NCBI GenBank assembly: GCA_963825525.1
Contig: CAWGTN010000002.1
Span: forward strand, 1,760,001-1,824,000
Source of the DNA: an uncultured Chloroflexia bacterium
GTDB lineage: Bacteria > Chloroflexota > Limnocylindria > QHBO01
Reading direction: 5' to 3'
DNA: 64,000 nt
The notes beneath the pieces are model-generated. The model did no database searches and was not told the DNA's origin. It saw nothing but the letters and a program-made list of their open reading frames with translations. Made by a program: the position numbers and the translations under genes. Positions 10,524 through 20,132 of the stretch are shown piece after piece; the stretch's first letter is position 1; every line of letters starts with the position of its first letter.

Positions 10524-11755
10524 TCGGCCGAACGGTACTCGACCGGGAGATCCGGATCGATCGTCAGGCGTGGATCATCGGGGACGCTCTTCTGCCAGTA
10601 GCGGGTGCTGATGCCGATCCGCATCGGAATCGGCAGGTGCTCGAACTCCATGAAGCGGACGTCGTTCCAGAAGTTGAGCCCGCCCCCCATGCCCTCGCCG
10701 GCGAACCGCGTCTCCCGGGCCTGTTCGAGCTCGGTCGCGAGGTTGCCGGCGGCCGAGAACGTGCGGCGGTCAGTGAGGACCCAGAGCGGCAGATCGGCGT
10801 CGCGGAGGATGCTGCGCAGCACCTGGTAGGTGCCGTTGTCGCCGCCGGGGTTGTGACGGAGATCGAGGATGATCCGCGTCAGCGTCGGGTGCTCCAGGCG
10901 TCCACGCAGCTCCTCGAGATCCGAGGCCGGGACCGGGCGCACCTGCGTCAGCCGCACATACAGGGTCTGCTGGGCAAGCGTCTCGATCCAGAAGTTCCTC
11001 GAGAAGTCGGTGAACCGCAGGCCATCCTGCTCGGGGAGGTGGATGAGCCCGAACGGACCGCCGAAGGTGGCGTACTCGGAGAACGGGATCGTGGTGACGA
11101 CGGTGGTCGAGCCCTCGCCTGACCGCTCGACGGTGAGCTCTATCGATCGATCGCTCTCCACCAGCCCGAGGCCCTGGAGCACGTCTGCCCGCAGCAGGTA
11201 GAACGGGCGCAGCCCCGGCACCGTCGCCGGTGAGTCGCGCGGGACCAGGGGCTCGAGCAGGTCGAGCACCTCGTCGATGGGGTGGCCCGCCACCATGGTG
11301 ATGCGGGCACCGATGAGGCCCGGGTCGACCGCATCGGTGACGAACACACCGTCGGCAAACTCGAAGACGCGGATCGGCAGCATGGGTCCATCGCCGGTCG
11401 GGATGGCGAGCTGGTGGCCGTCGCGTCCGTCCTCGCGACTGAGCGTGGCCACGAGTCGCATGATCTCGACCATCGTCTCCTCGGGCGACCGATCACCAAG
11501 GTGTGTCTGGATGTCTTCGAGGGTGGCAACGAACTCGTCGCGATCGGTGCCGTGGAAGGGCTCCGGGTGGATGCGTTCGAGCGCCTCGAGGTAGTCGTCG
11601 AGATCCGTCGCGGCAGCTGCCGTGTCCTCCGGGACACTCGATGGGGCGGCCGTCTCAGATGGGGCTGGGGAGCGGGACACTGTCGCGGACGGCGACGGCG
11701 CGGCCCCGCAGGCACTCAGGAGCGCCGCCACGATCAGGAGACGGATGCCACGCAT
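10472..11755 (-). CDS. Lipoprotein, S41 peptidase-like
   Basis: Lipobox LLSAC, S/P/A linker, IILDLRHNPGG and TFSAA motifs of S41 peptidases. Confidence 0.75.
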   Translation of the reverse strand: MRGIRLLIVAALLSACGAAPSPSATVSRSPAPSETAAPSSVPEDTAAAATDLDDYLEALERIHPEPFHGTDRDEFVATLEDIQTHLGDRSPEETMVEIMRLVATLSREDGRDGHQLAIPTGDGPMLPIRVFEFADGVFVTDAVDPGLIGARITMVAGHPIDEVLDLLEPLVPRDSPATVPGLRPFYLLRADVLQGLGLVESDRSIELTVERSGEGSTTVVTTIPFSEYATFGGPFGLIHLPEQDGLRFTDFSRNFWIETLAQQTLYVRLTQVRPVPASDLEELRGRLEHPTLTRIILDLRHNPGGDNGTYQVLRSILRDADLPLWVLTDRRTFSAAGNLATELEQARETRFAGEGMGGGLNFWNDVRFMEFEHLPIPMRIGISTRYWQKSVPDDPRLTIDPDLPVEYRSADYFAGRDVGLDAVLSAP

Positions 11756-11806
11756 GCCGGGCATAGTACTCCGGCGCCGGACTACTCGCGAGCGAGTCGC
11801 GCGACA

Positions 11807-12715
11807 CTACTCGGATGTGAGCCGGGCACCCGCGGTGTCGAACCGCAGCCTGGTCGCCATCCCCGGGACGGCGGAGGCGTTCCACGCCTTCTCGACGGCG
11901 TGCGCGGTCGCCGGCGCATCGCAGATGGCGAGGACTGCGGGGCCGGCGCCCGACAGGCACGCACCGGCCGCGCCCCGCTCGTAGGCGATGTCGATGAGCT
12001 CGCGGCTGCCGGCCAGATGGGGGAGCCGATATGGCTGATGGAGCTCGTCGACCATCGCGTTGCGCAGCAGGCTGGCATCGGCCGTCATGATCGAGGTCGC
12101 GAGCAGCGCGCTGCGACCCGCCTGGCGAGCCGCGGCTGCGTGGTCGATGGTTGTCGGGAGCGCGGCCCGCATCTGGTTGGTGCGGCTCTCGAGCTGCGGG
12201 ATGAAGGCGACCGGGATCCAGCCCTCGGGCGCATGAAACCGGCGCAGCGTCAACCGATCGAGGTCCGCGACGGCGATCGTGAACCCGCCGTACAACGCCG
12301 CGGCGACGTTGTCGGGATGGCCCTCCAGCGCGGCCGCCAGGGCGAGGAGCTCATCGGCCTCGACGGTTCGTCGGCCGACGGCGGCGCCCAGGACCACCCC
12401 TGCCACGATGGCGGCGGCGCTGCTGCCGAGCCCACGGGCCGCCGGGATCATGCTGGAGACCTCGATACGCCATGATCCGCTGCCGGCGGAGGACGCTCGC
12501 AGGCCCTCGCGGAAAGAGCGGATCAGCAGGTTGTCGTCCGCCTTCTCGTCGTCGGCCGGCGCTCCCTCGCCACGCGCGTCGAGCACGATGCCGGGCTCGT
12601 CCCCGTGCCACAGCTCGGCGCGCAGCTTCAACGACAGTGCGGCGGCGAAGCAATCGAAGCCGCTGCCGAGGTTGGCGCTCGAGGCGGGAACGTCGACGCT
12701 GGCGATGGGGGGCAT
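11807..12715 (-). CDS. thrB: Homoserine kinase
   Basis: VPASSANLGSGFD, PAARGLGSSAAA (GHMP), EGHPDNVA, LHQPYR, LSGAGP. Confidence 0.95.
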   Translation of the reverse strand: MPPIASVDVPASSANLGSGFDCFAAALSLKLRAELWHGDEPGIVLDARGEGAPADDEKADDNLLIRSFREGLRASSAGSGSWRIEVSSMIPAARGLGSSAAAIVAGVVLGAAVGRRTVEADELLALAAALEGHPDNVAAALYGGFTIAVADLDRLTLRRFHAPEGWIPVAFIPQLESRTNQMRAALPTTIDHAAAARQAGRSALLATSIMTADASLLRNAMVDELHQPYRLPHLAGSRELIDIAYERGAAGACLSGAGPAVLAICDAPATAHAVEKAWNASAVPGMATRLRFDTAGARLTSE

Positions 12716-12741
12716 GCGAGGGCGAGTATAGGGACGCGCGG

Positions 12742-12807
12742 TACGTCATCCGGCCGGTGTGCCGTGCGCGCAACGTCGAACGTCGGAGCGGGACGTCCAT
12801 CGGTGGA
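12742..12807. promoter_or_regulatory. Three phased 16-bp operator-like sites (candidate NarL/LuxR-type boxes)
   Basis: TACGTCATCCGGCCGG (12742), AACGTCGAACGTCGGA (12772), GACGTCCATCGGTGGA (12792), spaced 30 and 20 bp, upstream of GACAAT at 12827. Confidence 0.5.
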
Positions 12808-12838
12808 ACGGACGCGCCACGGTTCGGACAATGCGGCC

Positions 12839-13315
12839 ATGTTGAACGCAACTCTCGCCGCGTCCTCTGTCGAGCCACGACCGCTCCGGCCGGATGTCGA
12901 ACGGGCGTTGCGCGACGACCCGGTCGTGTGGCTCAGCTCAGTCCAGTCGGACGGCAGGCCGCACGTGGTTCCGGTCTGGTTCTGGTGGGATGGAACCGCA
13001 ATTCTCGCGTTCAGCAAGCCACATGCGCGGAAGGTTGCGAACCTGAGGAACCAGCCCCGCGTGATGCTGGCGCTGGGGACCCCCGGCCCGGATTACGAGG
13101 TCGAGCTCATCGAGGCGGAGGCGGAGCTGCCAATGCTCGGATCCGCGGCGCTGATGCCGGACGCCTTTGGGCACAAGTACCGCGACCTGCTCGATCGAGC
13201 GGGCCTCAGCGCCGAACGCTTTGCCGAGGTATATGCGCAGCCGATCGTCATGCGACCGCGGCGATTCCTTGGCTACGGCGGATCCACGGCCGCGTCGTTG
13301 TCGCCCGCTGCCTGA
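12839..13315 (+). CDS. PPOX-class (split beta-barrel) oxidoreductase, probably F420/flavin-binding
   Basis: VWLSSVQSDGRPHVVPVWFWWDG, KVANLRNQPRV. Confidence 0.85.
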   Translation: MLNATLAASSVEPRPLRPDVERALRDDPVVWLSSVQSDGRPHVVPVWFWWDGTAILAFSKPHARKVANLRNQPRVMLALGTPGPDYEVELIEAEAELPMLGSAALMPDAFGHKYRDLLDRAGLSAERFAEVYAQPIVMRPRRFLGYGGSTAASLSPAA

Positions 13316-13324
13316 CGCCGGCAG

Positions 13325-13690
13325 TCAGGCGGACGGGCGGGCCACCTGCTCGACGGCGCCGATCAGGTCGTCGAATCCGAACGGCTTGGCGACGAAGGCC
13401 GACGCGGCAATCTCGGTGGCCCAGCGCGCCGCGTCCCTGGCCGCCGTCATCACCACGATCGGCGTTCCATGACCCCGGCGCCGAAGCTCGCCGGCAAACG
13501 CCCAGCCGTCCAGGACCGGCATGCGCATGTCGAGCAGGATGACGTCGGGCGGTCGCCGCTCGATGGCTTGCAGGGCATCGGCGCCGTTGGCCGCCTCGTC
13601 GACCGCATACCCTTCGATCTCGAGCATGGCGGTCACGGTCGCTCGGATGTCGGGCTCGTCGTCGACGACCAGGACACGAACGTCAGGCAT
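13325..13690 (-). CDS. Single-domain response regulator (REC)
   Basis: VLVVDDE, LLDMRMPVLDG, MTA, KPF. Confidence 0.92.
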   Translation of the reverse strand: MPDVRVLVVDDEPDIRATVTAMLEIEGYAVDEAANGADALQAIERRPPDVILLDMRMPVLDGWAFAGELRRRGHGTPIVVMTAARDAARWATEIAASAFVAKPFGFDDLIGAVEQVARPSA

Positions 13691-15584
13691 CGGCCACCGC
13701 CTCGCCCCCGGCCTGTGCCGCCCATCGCGGCTCGTCGGTGGGTGGAGCAATCGTGGCGGGCGCGGGTTGCTCGAGCGGCAGGCTGACCATGAACGTGCTG
13801 CCTCCACCGGGCGTCTCCTCGAGCCAGATCCGCCCGTCATGCTCGTCAACGATGCGCCGGCAGATGTACAGGCCGAGGCCCATCCCGGTGTCGGTGATGC
13901 CCTGGGCATTGGAGGCACGGTAGAAGCGGTCGAAGATGCGATCCCGTTCCTTCTCCGGCACACCGACTCCGTGATCGATGACAGCGATGCACGCCTGCGC
14001 CCCATCGGCCCAAACCCTGAGCTCGGGGGGCGTGCCTCCGGCGCTGTACTTCAGGGCGTTCTCCAGGAGATTCTCGATGACCTGGTGGATCCGACCGGCG
14101 TCGACGCGGGCCATGACGGGCAAGTCGGTGGGGTGCGTCAGTACTCGCGCGCCGTTGTCCGCGTGCCGCTCTCGCACGGACTCGACCAGAGACGCGACGT
14201 CCTCCACGCTGCGGCTCATCGAAACGGCGCCGTCCTCCATCCGTTGGGCATCCAGGATCTCCCCGATGAGGTCACGCAGCCGGCGCGCCTCCTTCGCCAG
14301 GCGGGCGACGCCCGCCGGGTCGGCCCGCGCCGCAGGATCGCGCGCCACGCGCCGCTCGAGGAGCTCGGCCTGGCCGAGCACGACGGTGAGGGGCGTCCGC
14401 AGGTCGTGGGCAGCAGCCGAAAGGAACTCCTCCTTGAGCCGCGCGGCCTCCTCGCGGGCCTCGATCGCTCCAGCCTGCCGGGTCAGGCTCTGCGCCTCGA
14501 GCAGCATCCCGACCTGGTCGGCCAGCAGCTCGATGAGCCACACGTCGTCCTCGACGAAGATCGGCGCCCGGTCGGCGTAGATCGCCAGCGCGCCGATGCG
14601 TCGATCCCCGCGCGTGATGGGAGCGGCGATGACCGAGCGGGCACGACTGGATTCGTATCGTTCGGCGTTCTGCGGGTCGATGGACAGCGCGTCGCGAGCG
14701 ACGATCCGTCGCTGCTCGAGGTAGGCGCGCCCGGCGATGAACGCGTCGTCGGGATACTCAAGCACCTGGTCATCACGTGAGAAGTACCGGATCACGGATC
14801 TCGCCTGGTCGGCGATCCCGACGCTGGCACCGTCCGCGCCGGCCGCGATGGCGGCCGCCCGCTGCAGCTCGCCGATCACCGTCGCCTCGTCCGCAACGCC
14901 GACGAGATGCACCGAGCTTTCCAGGAAGAGGCGCAGGTCAGGCTCACGCCAGGCCTGCCGGATCCAGGACGGGGGCGCGAATCCAACGAAGAACGACAAG
15001 ACCGACGCCAGTCCGGCCAGCTGTGCCAGGACGTCAACGGCCAGTCCCTCGCTCGACGTGACGACCCTGGCGAGCACCAGCACCACGGCAGCGATGAACA
15101 GCACGGCCCCGAGCACGACGGCCCGCATTCGGCGTCGCGTGATGCCGCGAGACCGATTTGCGGCCTGGTTGAAGGCGTAGGCCGAGTATCCCCCGACCCC
15201 GACGAACCACGGAATGAGCAGGATCTCTACGACCTGCGGCCGCTCGGTCAGCACGAACCCCAGCGCCGCGATCACGAGGTAGACGGCCAGGCTCGCGGGG
15301 AGCAGGAAGCGTGGCGCGCCCATGAAGTCATCGACCAGCCGGATCATGGCGTAAGGTGCGGCGCCGAAGACGGCGAGAATCAGGGCCGTGGCGATCGGGT
15401 CACCGGTGGCGCCGAGCAGCCCGACCACGCGGCCGGCGACGACCGCCACCGCGATCGACCCGAACAAGAGGGCCGTGTCGAAGGTCGCGCGCGACGGACG
15501 GCGCACGGCATTGATCACCACGATTGCGAACAGGCACACGAAGAGCGCCTGAACGGTGGCGCTGAGCAATTCCAGGGCGGTCAA
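13683..15584 (-). CDS. Membrane-bound sensor histidine kinase (about 7 TM, GAF, HisKA, HATPase)
   Basis: Hydrophobic N-region, GAF, AAHDLRTPL H-box, NLLENALKY, DHGVG, GMGLGL. Start codon uncertain (TTG 15584). Confidence 0.9.
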   Translation of the reverse strand: MTALELLSATVQALFVCLFAIVVINAVRRPSRATFDTALLFGSIAVAVVAGRVVGLLGATGDPIATALILAVFGAAPYAMIRLVDDFMGAPRFLLPASLAVYLVIAALGFVLTERPQVVEILLIPWFVGVGGYSAYAFNQAANRSRGITRRRMRAVVLGAVLFIAAVVLVLARVVTSSEGLAVDVLAQLAGLASVLSFFVGFAPPSWIRQAWREPDLRLFLESSVHLVGVADEATVIGELQRAAAIAAGADGASVGIADQARSVIRYFSRDDQVLEYPDDAFIAGRAYLEQRRIVARDALSIDPQNAERYESSRARSVIAAPITRGDRRIGALAIYADRAPIFVEDDVWLIELLADQVGMLLEAQSLTRQAGAIEAREEAARLKEEFLSAAAHDLRTPLTVVLGQAELLERRVARDPAARADPAGVARLAKEARRLRDLIGEILDAQRMEDGAVSMSRSVEDVASLVESVRERHADNGARVLTHPTDLPVMARVDAGRIHQVIENLLENALKYSAGGTPPELRVWADGAQACIAVIDHGVGVPEKERDRIFDRFYRASNAQGITDTGMGLGLYICRRIVDEHDGRIWLEETPGGGSTFMVSLPLEQPAPATIAPPTDEPRWAAQAGGEAVADA

Positions 15585-15651
15585 GGGCGCGCACGCACAC
15601 GAGTTCGACTCCGGACGCAGCACGCAGCGTGCCAGCGAGCAAGCGAACCGT

Positions 15652-16212
15652 TCATGTCGACACCTCGCCGTGGCGGAAGCAGCCGATGAGGTGGTCGTTC
15701 ACGAGGCCCGCTGACTGCATGAAGGCGTAGGCGATCGTCGGACCAACGAACTTGAACCCACGGCGGCGAAGGTCGGCGGAGAGGAGGCGCGACTCGACCG
15801 ATTCGGCGGGCACGTCGCCCAGGGTCTCCCATCGGTTCACGATAGGCGCGCCGTTCACGAAGCTCCAGAGGTGCTGCGCCGGGTCCTCCAGCTCGAGCCA
15901 TGCGTGCGCATTTCCGATGGCGGCATCCACCTTCGCCCGATTCCGCACGATGCGCGCGTCTCCGAGGAGCCGGTCGCGATCGTCGGCGCCATAGGCCGCG
16001 ACACGACGGGGCGCGAAGCCCTCGAACGCGGACCGATAGCCGTCGCGCTTGCGCAGGATCGTGATCCACGAGAGGCCCGCCTGTGCGCCCTCGAGGCACA
16101 GGAGTTCGAACAGTCGGTCCGAGTCCCGGATCGGAACTCCCCACTCATCGTCGTGGTATGCCACGTAGAGCGGGTCGTTGCCCGCCCACGGACATCGCTC
16201 AAGGCCAGTCAC
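15652..16212 (-). CDS. tag: DNA-3-methyladenine glycosylase I
   Basis: RCPWA, YHDDEWGVP, LEGAQAGLSW, GFKFVGPT, NDHLIGC; GTG overlaps the mgtE stop. Confidence 0.95.
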   Translation of the reverse strand: MTGLERCPWAGNDPLYVAYHDDEWGVPIRDSDRLFELLCLEGAQAGLSWITILRKRDGYRSAFEGFAPRRVAAYGADDRDRLLGDARIVRNRAKVDAAIGNAHAWLELEDPAQHLWSFVNGAPIVNRWETLGDVPAESVESRLLSADLRRRGFKFVGPTIAYAFMQSAGLVNDHLIGCFRHGEVST

Positions 16213-17576
16213 AGGCCGAGGATCGCGCCCGCGATCAGGAAATAGGCCAGGAGCCCGGACCCGTCGATGATGGCCGAGATCAGCGGGACGCTCATTACGG
16301 CCGGGTCGATGCCCACGCGCTTGGCGAGCAGCGGGAGCGCGGAGCCGATAAGGGCCGAGAAGGCGCACGCCACGCCGAGCGTGAGCGAGACGACCGTCGC
16401 GATCCTCGGTTCGACGAGCACCGCGATCGGCCCAAAGGCGAGCAGTCCCAGGGCAGCGCCGAGCAGCAGCCCGGTGACTCCTTCGCGCAGAGCGACCCCG
16501 CGCAGGTCGTCCAGGCGCAGCTCACCGACAGCCACCGCACGAGTGATCGTGGTCGCCGACTGAGCCCCGGTGCTGCCGGCGGTGCCGATCACGAGCGGAA
16601 TGAAGAAGGTGAGGGTGACGGCAGCCTCCAGGGTGGATTCGAACGCGGCGAGAACATTGACCGTGACCGCGCCGGCCGCGATGAAGACCAGGAGCCATAC
16701 GATTCGGCTCCGCGCAATTTGGATGACCGAGGTGGCGAGATACGGCCGCCGGAGTGGCTCGGCCCCGCCCGTGCGCGCGAGGTCCTCCGTGTCCTCTTCC
16801 TCCAGGACCTCCATCGCGTCGTCAACTGTCACGATCCCGACAAGCCGATCCTCCGTGTCGACGATCGGCAGCGCCAAGAGGTCGGCCTCGCGGATGAGGC
16901 GCGACGCCTCTTCCTGGTCGGTATCGACCCGAGCGGAGTACACCTTGGTATCCATCAGGTCCCCGACCGCTGTTGATGGATCGGCCAGGACGAGATCGCG
17001 GAGGCCGAGGGCACCGACCAGCCGGCGACGATCGTCGGTCACCGGGAGGGCGTAGATCGTCTCGGCCGACCGACCAACGACCCGGAGTCGCTCCAGCGCC
17101 TCGCGTGCCGTCATGCCGGCACGCAGGCTGGCGACCTCGGGTGACATGAGCCGCCCCGCGGAGTCGGGCGGATATCCGAGCAGGGTGGACGTGAGCCGGC
17201 GCTCGTTGGCGGACAGCCCGGCTAGCAGGCGCCTCGCCACCTTGGCCGGCATCTCCTCGGTGAGGCGCGCGCGATCGTCGGGATCGAGCCCTTCGAACAG
17301 GTGGCGGACGTTCGAGTCCCGAAGACCGTCGAGCAGCTCCTGCTGAAGGGATGGGTCGAGCAGCTCGAAGACCTCGAGGGCCCGATCCTTGCTCAGCAGG
17401 CGGAACGGGACGGCGCGCTTCTCGCGCGGGAGGCGCGAGAGCTCCTCCGAGATGCGGACGACGTCGGCGTGGCCGAGCCAGCGATCGATCAGCTCGAGAT
17501 CTCCACCGTCGAGGAGATCGTCGAGCTCGATGGTCGGCACCGCGTCGGGCGTGCCGGTGAGGGTCGGTCGGGTCAC
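16209..17576 (-). CDS. mgtE: Magnesium transporter MgtE
   Basis: MgtE-N domain, YPPDSAGRLM CBS pair, GIVTVDD, FIPLVIGTAGSTGAQS, IDPAVMSVPLISAIID. Confidence 0.95.
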   Translation of the reverse strand: MTRPTLTGTPDAVPTIELDDLLDGGDLELIDRWLGHADVVRISEELSRLPREKRAVPFRLLSKDRALEVFELLDPSLQQELLDGLRDSNVRHLFEGLDPDDRARLTEEMPAKVARRLLAGLSANERRLTSTLLGYPPDSAGRLMSPEVASLRAGMTAREALERLRVVGRSAETIYALPVTDDRRRLVGALGLRDLVLADPSTAVGDLMDTKVYSARVDTDQEEASRLIREADLLALPIVDTEDRLVGIVTVDDAMEVLEEEDTEDLARTGGAEPLRRPYLATSVIQIARSRIVWLLVFIAAGAVTVNVLAAFESTLEAAVTLTFFIPLVIGTAGSTGAQSATTITRAVAVGELRLDDLRGVALREGVTGLLLGAALGLLAFGPIAVLVEPRIATVVSLTLGVACAFSALIGSALPLLAKRVGIDPAVMSVPLISAIIDGSGLLAYFLIAGAILGL

Positions 17577-17615
17577 CCCATGAGAATAGCCGCGCGGACC
17601 AGCCGAAACGTGAGA

Positions 17616-17640
17616 ACGCCCGGGCGGGGTGCCCGGGCGT
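17616..17640 (-). terminator. GC hairpin downstream of the small ORF
   Basis: ACGCCCGGGC-ggggt-GCCCGGGCGT, a perfect 10-bp stem 16 nt past the stop; weak U tail. Confidence 0.6.
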
Positions 17641-17655
17641 CGGATCGTGACTCGG

Positions 17656-17832
17656 TCAGGCGAGGGAGCCGGTTGCCCAGCGTGGCAGACGGGCGAGCCA
17701 CTCCAGCCTGCGGCGATCGTTCGGACGCATCGGCTCCGACTGGATCAGTCGCTGACGTCGCCGCTTCTCGATTACGAGGCGGCGCTCCTCCTCGACTGAC
17801 TCGGCGAGCATCAGGACGGCGATGGGATGCAT
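17656..17832 (-). CDS. Small Arg/Glu-rich protein, 58 aa (absent from ORF track)
   Basis: AAAGGAGG SD (17838-17845) 5 nt before ATG; MHPIAVLMLAESVEEERRLVIEKRRRQRLIQSEPMRPNDRRRLEWLARLPRWATGSLA*; hairpin follows. Confidence 0.7.
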   Translation of the reverse strand: MHPIAVLMLAESVEEERRLVIEKRRRQRLIQSEPMRPNDRRRLEWLARLPRWATGSLA

Positions 17833-17923
17833 CGTCGCCTCCTTTCGTGAGCTGCGTCGCGTTCCGTGCGCGTGGGCCGATCAGCCCATGCTGCGAGAAT
17901 GCCGGTCCGGGGGCTGCCGCGCG

Positions 17924-17987
17924 CCTGCCGTGAGTCGTACGCCCGACCCCGATGTTGTGCCGAGTGGCAGGTACGTCATTCGTCCAC
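17924..17987. promoter_or_regulatory. Two operator-like sites in the divergent promoter
   Basis: TACGTCATTCGTCCAC (+, 17972-17987) and TACGACTCACGGCAGG (-, 17924-17939). Confidence 0.5.
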
Positions 17988-18020
17988 GGCGACCCGACCG
18001 CGAGCGCATATGCTGTGCCC

Positions 18021-19244
18021 ATGGCGCTCGACGGGCAGCACCTGACCTTCCTCTTCGCCGACGTGGAGGGCAGCACACGGATCGCGCAGCAGCACGGCTC
18101 TCGTGCCACTGCGGCCCTGGCTCGGTATCACGAGCTGGTTGCCGATGCCTGCGAGAGGCATGGGGGCCGGATCTTCGAGCGGATCGGCGACGGCGCGTAC
18201 GCCACCTTCCCGGATGCATCGGGCGCGGTCGCGACGGCGAGCGAGCTGCAGCAGCGGATCGGCACCGAGGATTGGGGTGCCATCGGCCGCATGCGGGTGC
18301 GCCTTGCGCTGGTGACCGGCGAGGTCGAGGAGCGTGACGATCGTTTCTATGGACCCGCGCTGTTCCGAGCCGCACGGTTGCAGGATCTCGCCGCGGGCGG
18401 CGAGACACTCCTCGCGGGGAGCACAGTCGACGAGCTCGCCGGCGCGCTTCCGACCGGTGAGATGCTGCGGGACCTCGGCGAGCAGCGCCTGCGAGACGTC
18501 GAGGAGCCGGAACGGGTCTTCGCGCTGGTGCATACTGCGCGCGCGCGCTCCACTGGGGACGCGCACAACGAGAACATCGAGGCGCAGGGGACGGATGTGG
18601 TGAGTGAAGACGGACCCATTCGAGTGCTGCTGGTCGACGACCACGCCGTTGTGCGTCGTGGACTCCGCGGGTTCCTGGAGCTGATCAGGGACTTCGAGGT
18701 GGTCGGTGAGGCCGAGAACGGCCGCGAGGGCGTAGCCGCGGCCGAGCGCCTGGCGCCGGACGTCGTGCTCATGGACCTGCTGATGCCCGAGATGGGTGGC
18801 CTGGAGGCCATCGCCGCAATCAAGGCGGCGCACCCCGAGATCGAGATCGTGGCGGTCACCTCGTTCATCGAGGAGGAGAAGGTCACCTCCGCGCTCGAAG
18901 CTGGCGCGTCCGGCTATCTCCTGAAGGATGCGGAGGCCGACGAGGTCGCCCAGGCCATCCGGGCCGCCTACAACGGCGAGGTTCACCTGGATCCGGCCGT
19001 CGCGCGGCTGCTCGCCCAGCGCCTGCGACAGCGAAAGGATGCGGAACCAGTCGAGCCGCTCACCGGCCGCGAGAAGGAGGTCCTGGCGCAGCTGGCCAAG
19101 GGCGCCTCGAACAAGGAGATCGCGTACGAGCTCGGTATCACCGAGCGAACCGCGCGTACCCACGTCTCGAACATTCTCGGCAAGCTGGCGCTCGCATCCC
19201 GGACGCAGGCAGCCCTGTACGCGGTCGAGCACAAGCTGGTCTGA
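18021..19244 (+). CDS. Class III nucleotide cyclase domain fused to NarL/LuxR-type response regulator (CYC-REC-HTH)
   Basis: TFLFADVEGST, IGDG, RAARL (cyclase); IRVLLVDDH, LMDLLMP, GYLLK (REC); LTGREKEVL...SNKEIA...HVSNILGKL (LuxR HTH). One continuous frame. Confidence 0.88.
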   Translation: MALDGQHLTFLFADVEGSTRIAQQHGSRATAALARYHELVADACERHGGRIFERIGDGAYATFPDASGAVATASELQQRIGTEDWGAIGRMRVRLALVTGEVEERDDRFYGPALFRAARLQDLAAGGETLLAGSTVDELAGALPTGEMLRDLGEQRLRDVEEPERVFALVHTARARSTGDAHNENIEAQGTDVVSEDGPIRVLLVDDHAVVRRGLRGFLELIRDFEVVGEAENGREGVAAAERLAPDVVLMDLLMPEMGGLEAIAAIKAAHPEIEIVAVTSFIEEEKVTSALEAGASGYLLKDAEADEVAQAIRAAYNGEVHLDPAVARLLAQRLRQRKDAEPVEPLTGREKEVLAQLAKGASNKEIAYELGITERTARTHVSNILGKLALASRTQAALYAVEHKLV

Positions 19245-19250
19245 GCGCCG

Positions 19251-19682
19251 ATGAACCCGGGACCGTCGCCGCGCGTCCCGGGTCTCGTGAGGATATCCCT
19301 GTTCCTCGGACTCGCCGCGGCGCTGGCGGCATGCGCCGCACAGCCCGACGGCGAATCTGGCGTCCTGGTGCCCGTCCCTACCCAGGAGCCGCAGCTTGCG
19401 ATCGGCGAGGTCGCGTGCCCGGCCGCGCTGCTCCAAGGAACGTTGGTGGCTCATCCGGAGGCCGGGCTTGCGGTCCAGGGTGACCCGTTGTTCCCACCTT
19501 CCGTCGTCGTATGGCCGCACGGCTGGACCGCGGCCGACGTGAATGGGGAGCGGTTGCTCCTCGACGGATCTGGGAGGACCGTCGCCCGCGTCGGCATGAC
19601 CATCTCGGCGGGCGGTGGCTTCTATCCGCCGAACGACGCATTCCACCCCTGCGGCGAGATCACGTTCAACGCGGCGCGCTGA
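19251..19682 (+). CDS. Hypothetical lipoprotein
   Basis: Lipobox LAAC; CPAALLQG, VVWPHGW, a second Cys near the C-terminus. Confidence 0.6.
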   Translation: MNPGPSPRVPGLVRISLFLGLAAALAACAAQPDGESGVLVPVPTQEPQLAIGEVACPAALLQGTLVAHPEAGLAVQGDPLFPPSVVVWPHGWTAADVNGERLLLDGSGRTVARVGMTISAGGGFYPPNDAFHPCGEITFNAAR

Positions 19683-19690
19683 CCGCCGGG

Positions 19691-20071
19691 TCAGCCCCCG
19701 ACGACCAGGGTCCCGTTCATTTCGGGGTGGAGGGCGCACTCGAAGAAGTAGTCGCCCGCGACGAGGGCCGGAATGTCGTACACGATGGAGCCATCGGTCA
19801 CGAGGTCTCCCTCGAACAGCTTCTCGGTCTTCGAAGAGTCGGTGTAGATGGCTACGTTGTGCGGCATCGAGTCGTTGTTGACCAGGGCAAGGGTGAAGGC
19901 CTCGTCCGCCGGTGCGGTGATCGTGGACGAGTCGAATGCCATGTCCGCGGTTGTGACCGTGACGTCGGCGGTCGACGGGTCCGTGCTCGGGTTGCCGGCA
20001 GTGGCTCCGCCGCATGCGGCCAGCATCGACACGGTGACCATGGCCAGTGCCAATTGATGGATGCGGTTCAC
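19691..20071 (-). CDS. Cupredoxin-domain lipoprotein
   Basis: Lipobox LAAC; PHNV and YFFECALHPEM type-1 Cu ligands (H, C, H, M). Confidence 0.85.
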   Translation of the reverse strand: MNRIHQLALAMVTVSMLAACGGATAGNPSTDPSTADVTVTTADMAFDSSTITAPADEAFTLALVNNDSMPHNVAIYTDSSKTEKLFEGDLVTDGSIVYDIPALVAGDYFFECALHPEMNGTLVVGG

Positions 20072-20132
20072 GCGAAGTTCTCCACGAGGCGGGGCCGAGT
20101 GATCGGCCCACCGCCTCGATATGGCGAGGTGG

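Noticed and set aside
17577-17900. M-box riboswitch upstream of mgtE
   Set aside because: The region holds a small ORF and its hairpin; mgtE has TATTCT 6 nt before its start and looks leaderless; no ykoK motif recognised.
18021-19244. Pycsar/CBASS-type defence system
   Set aside because: No adjacent cyclic-nucleotide-binding TM/TIR effector; the context is two-component signalling.
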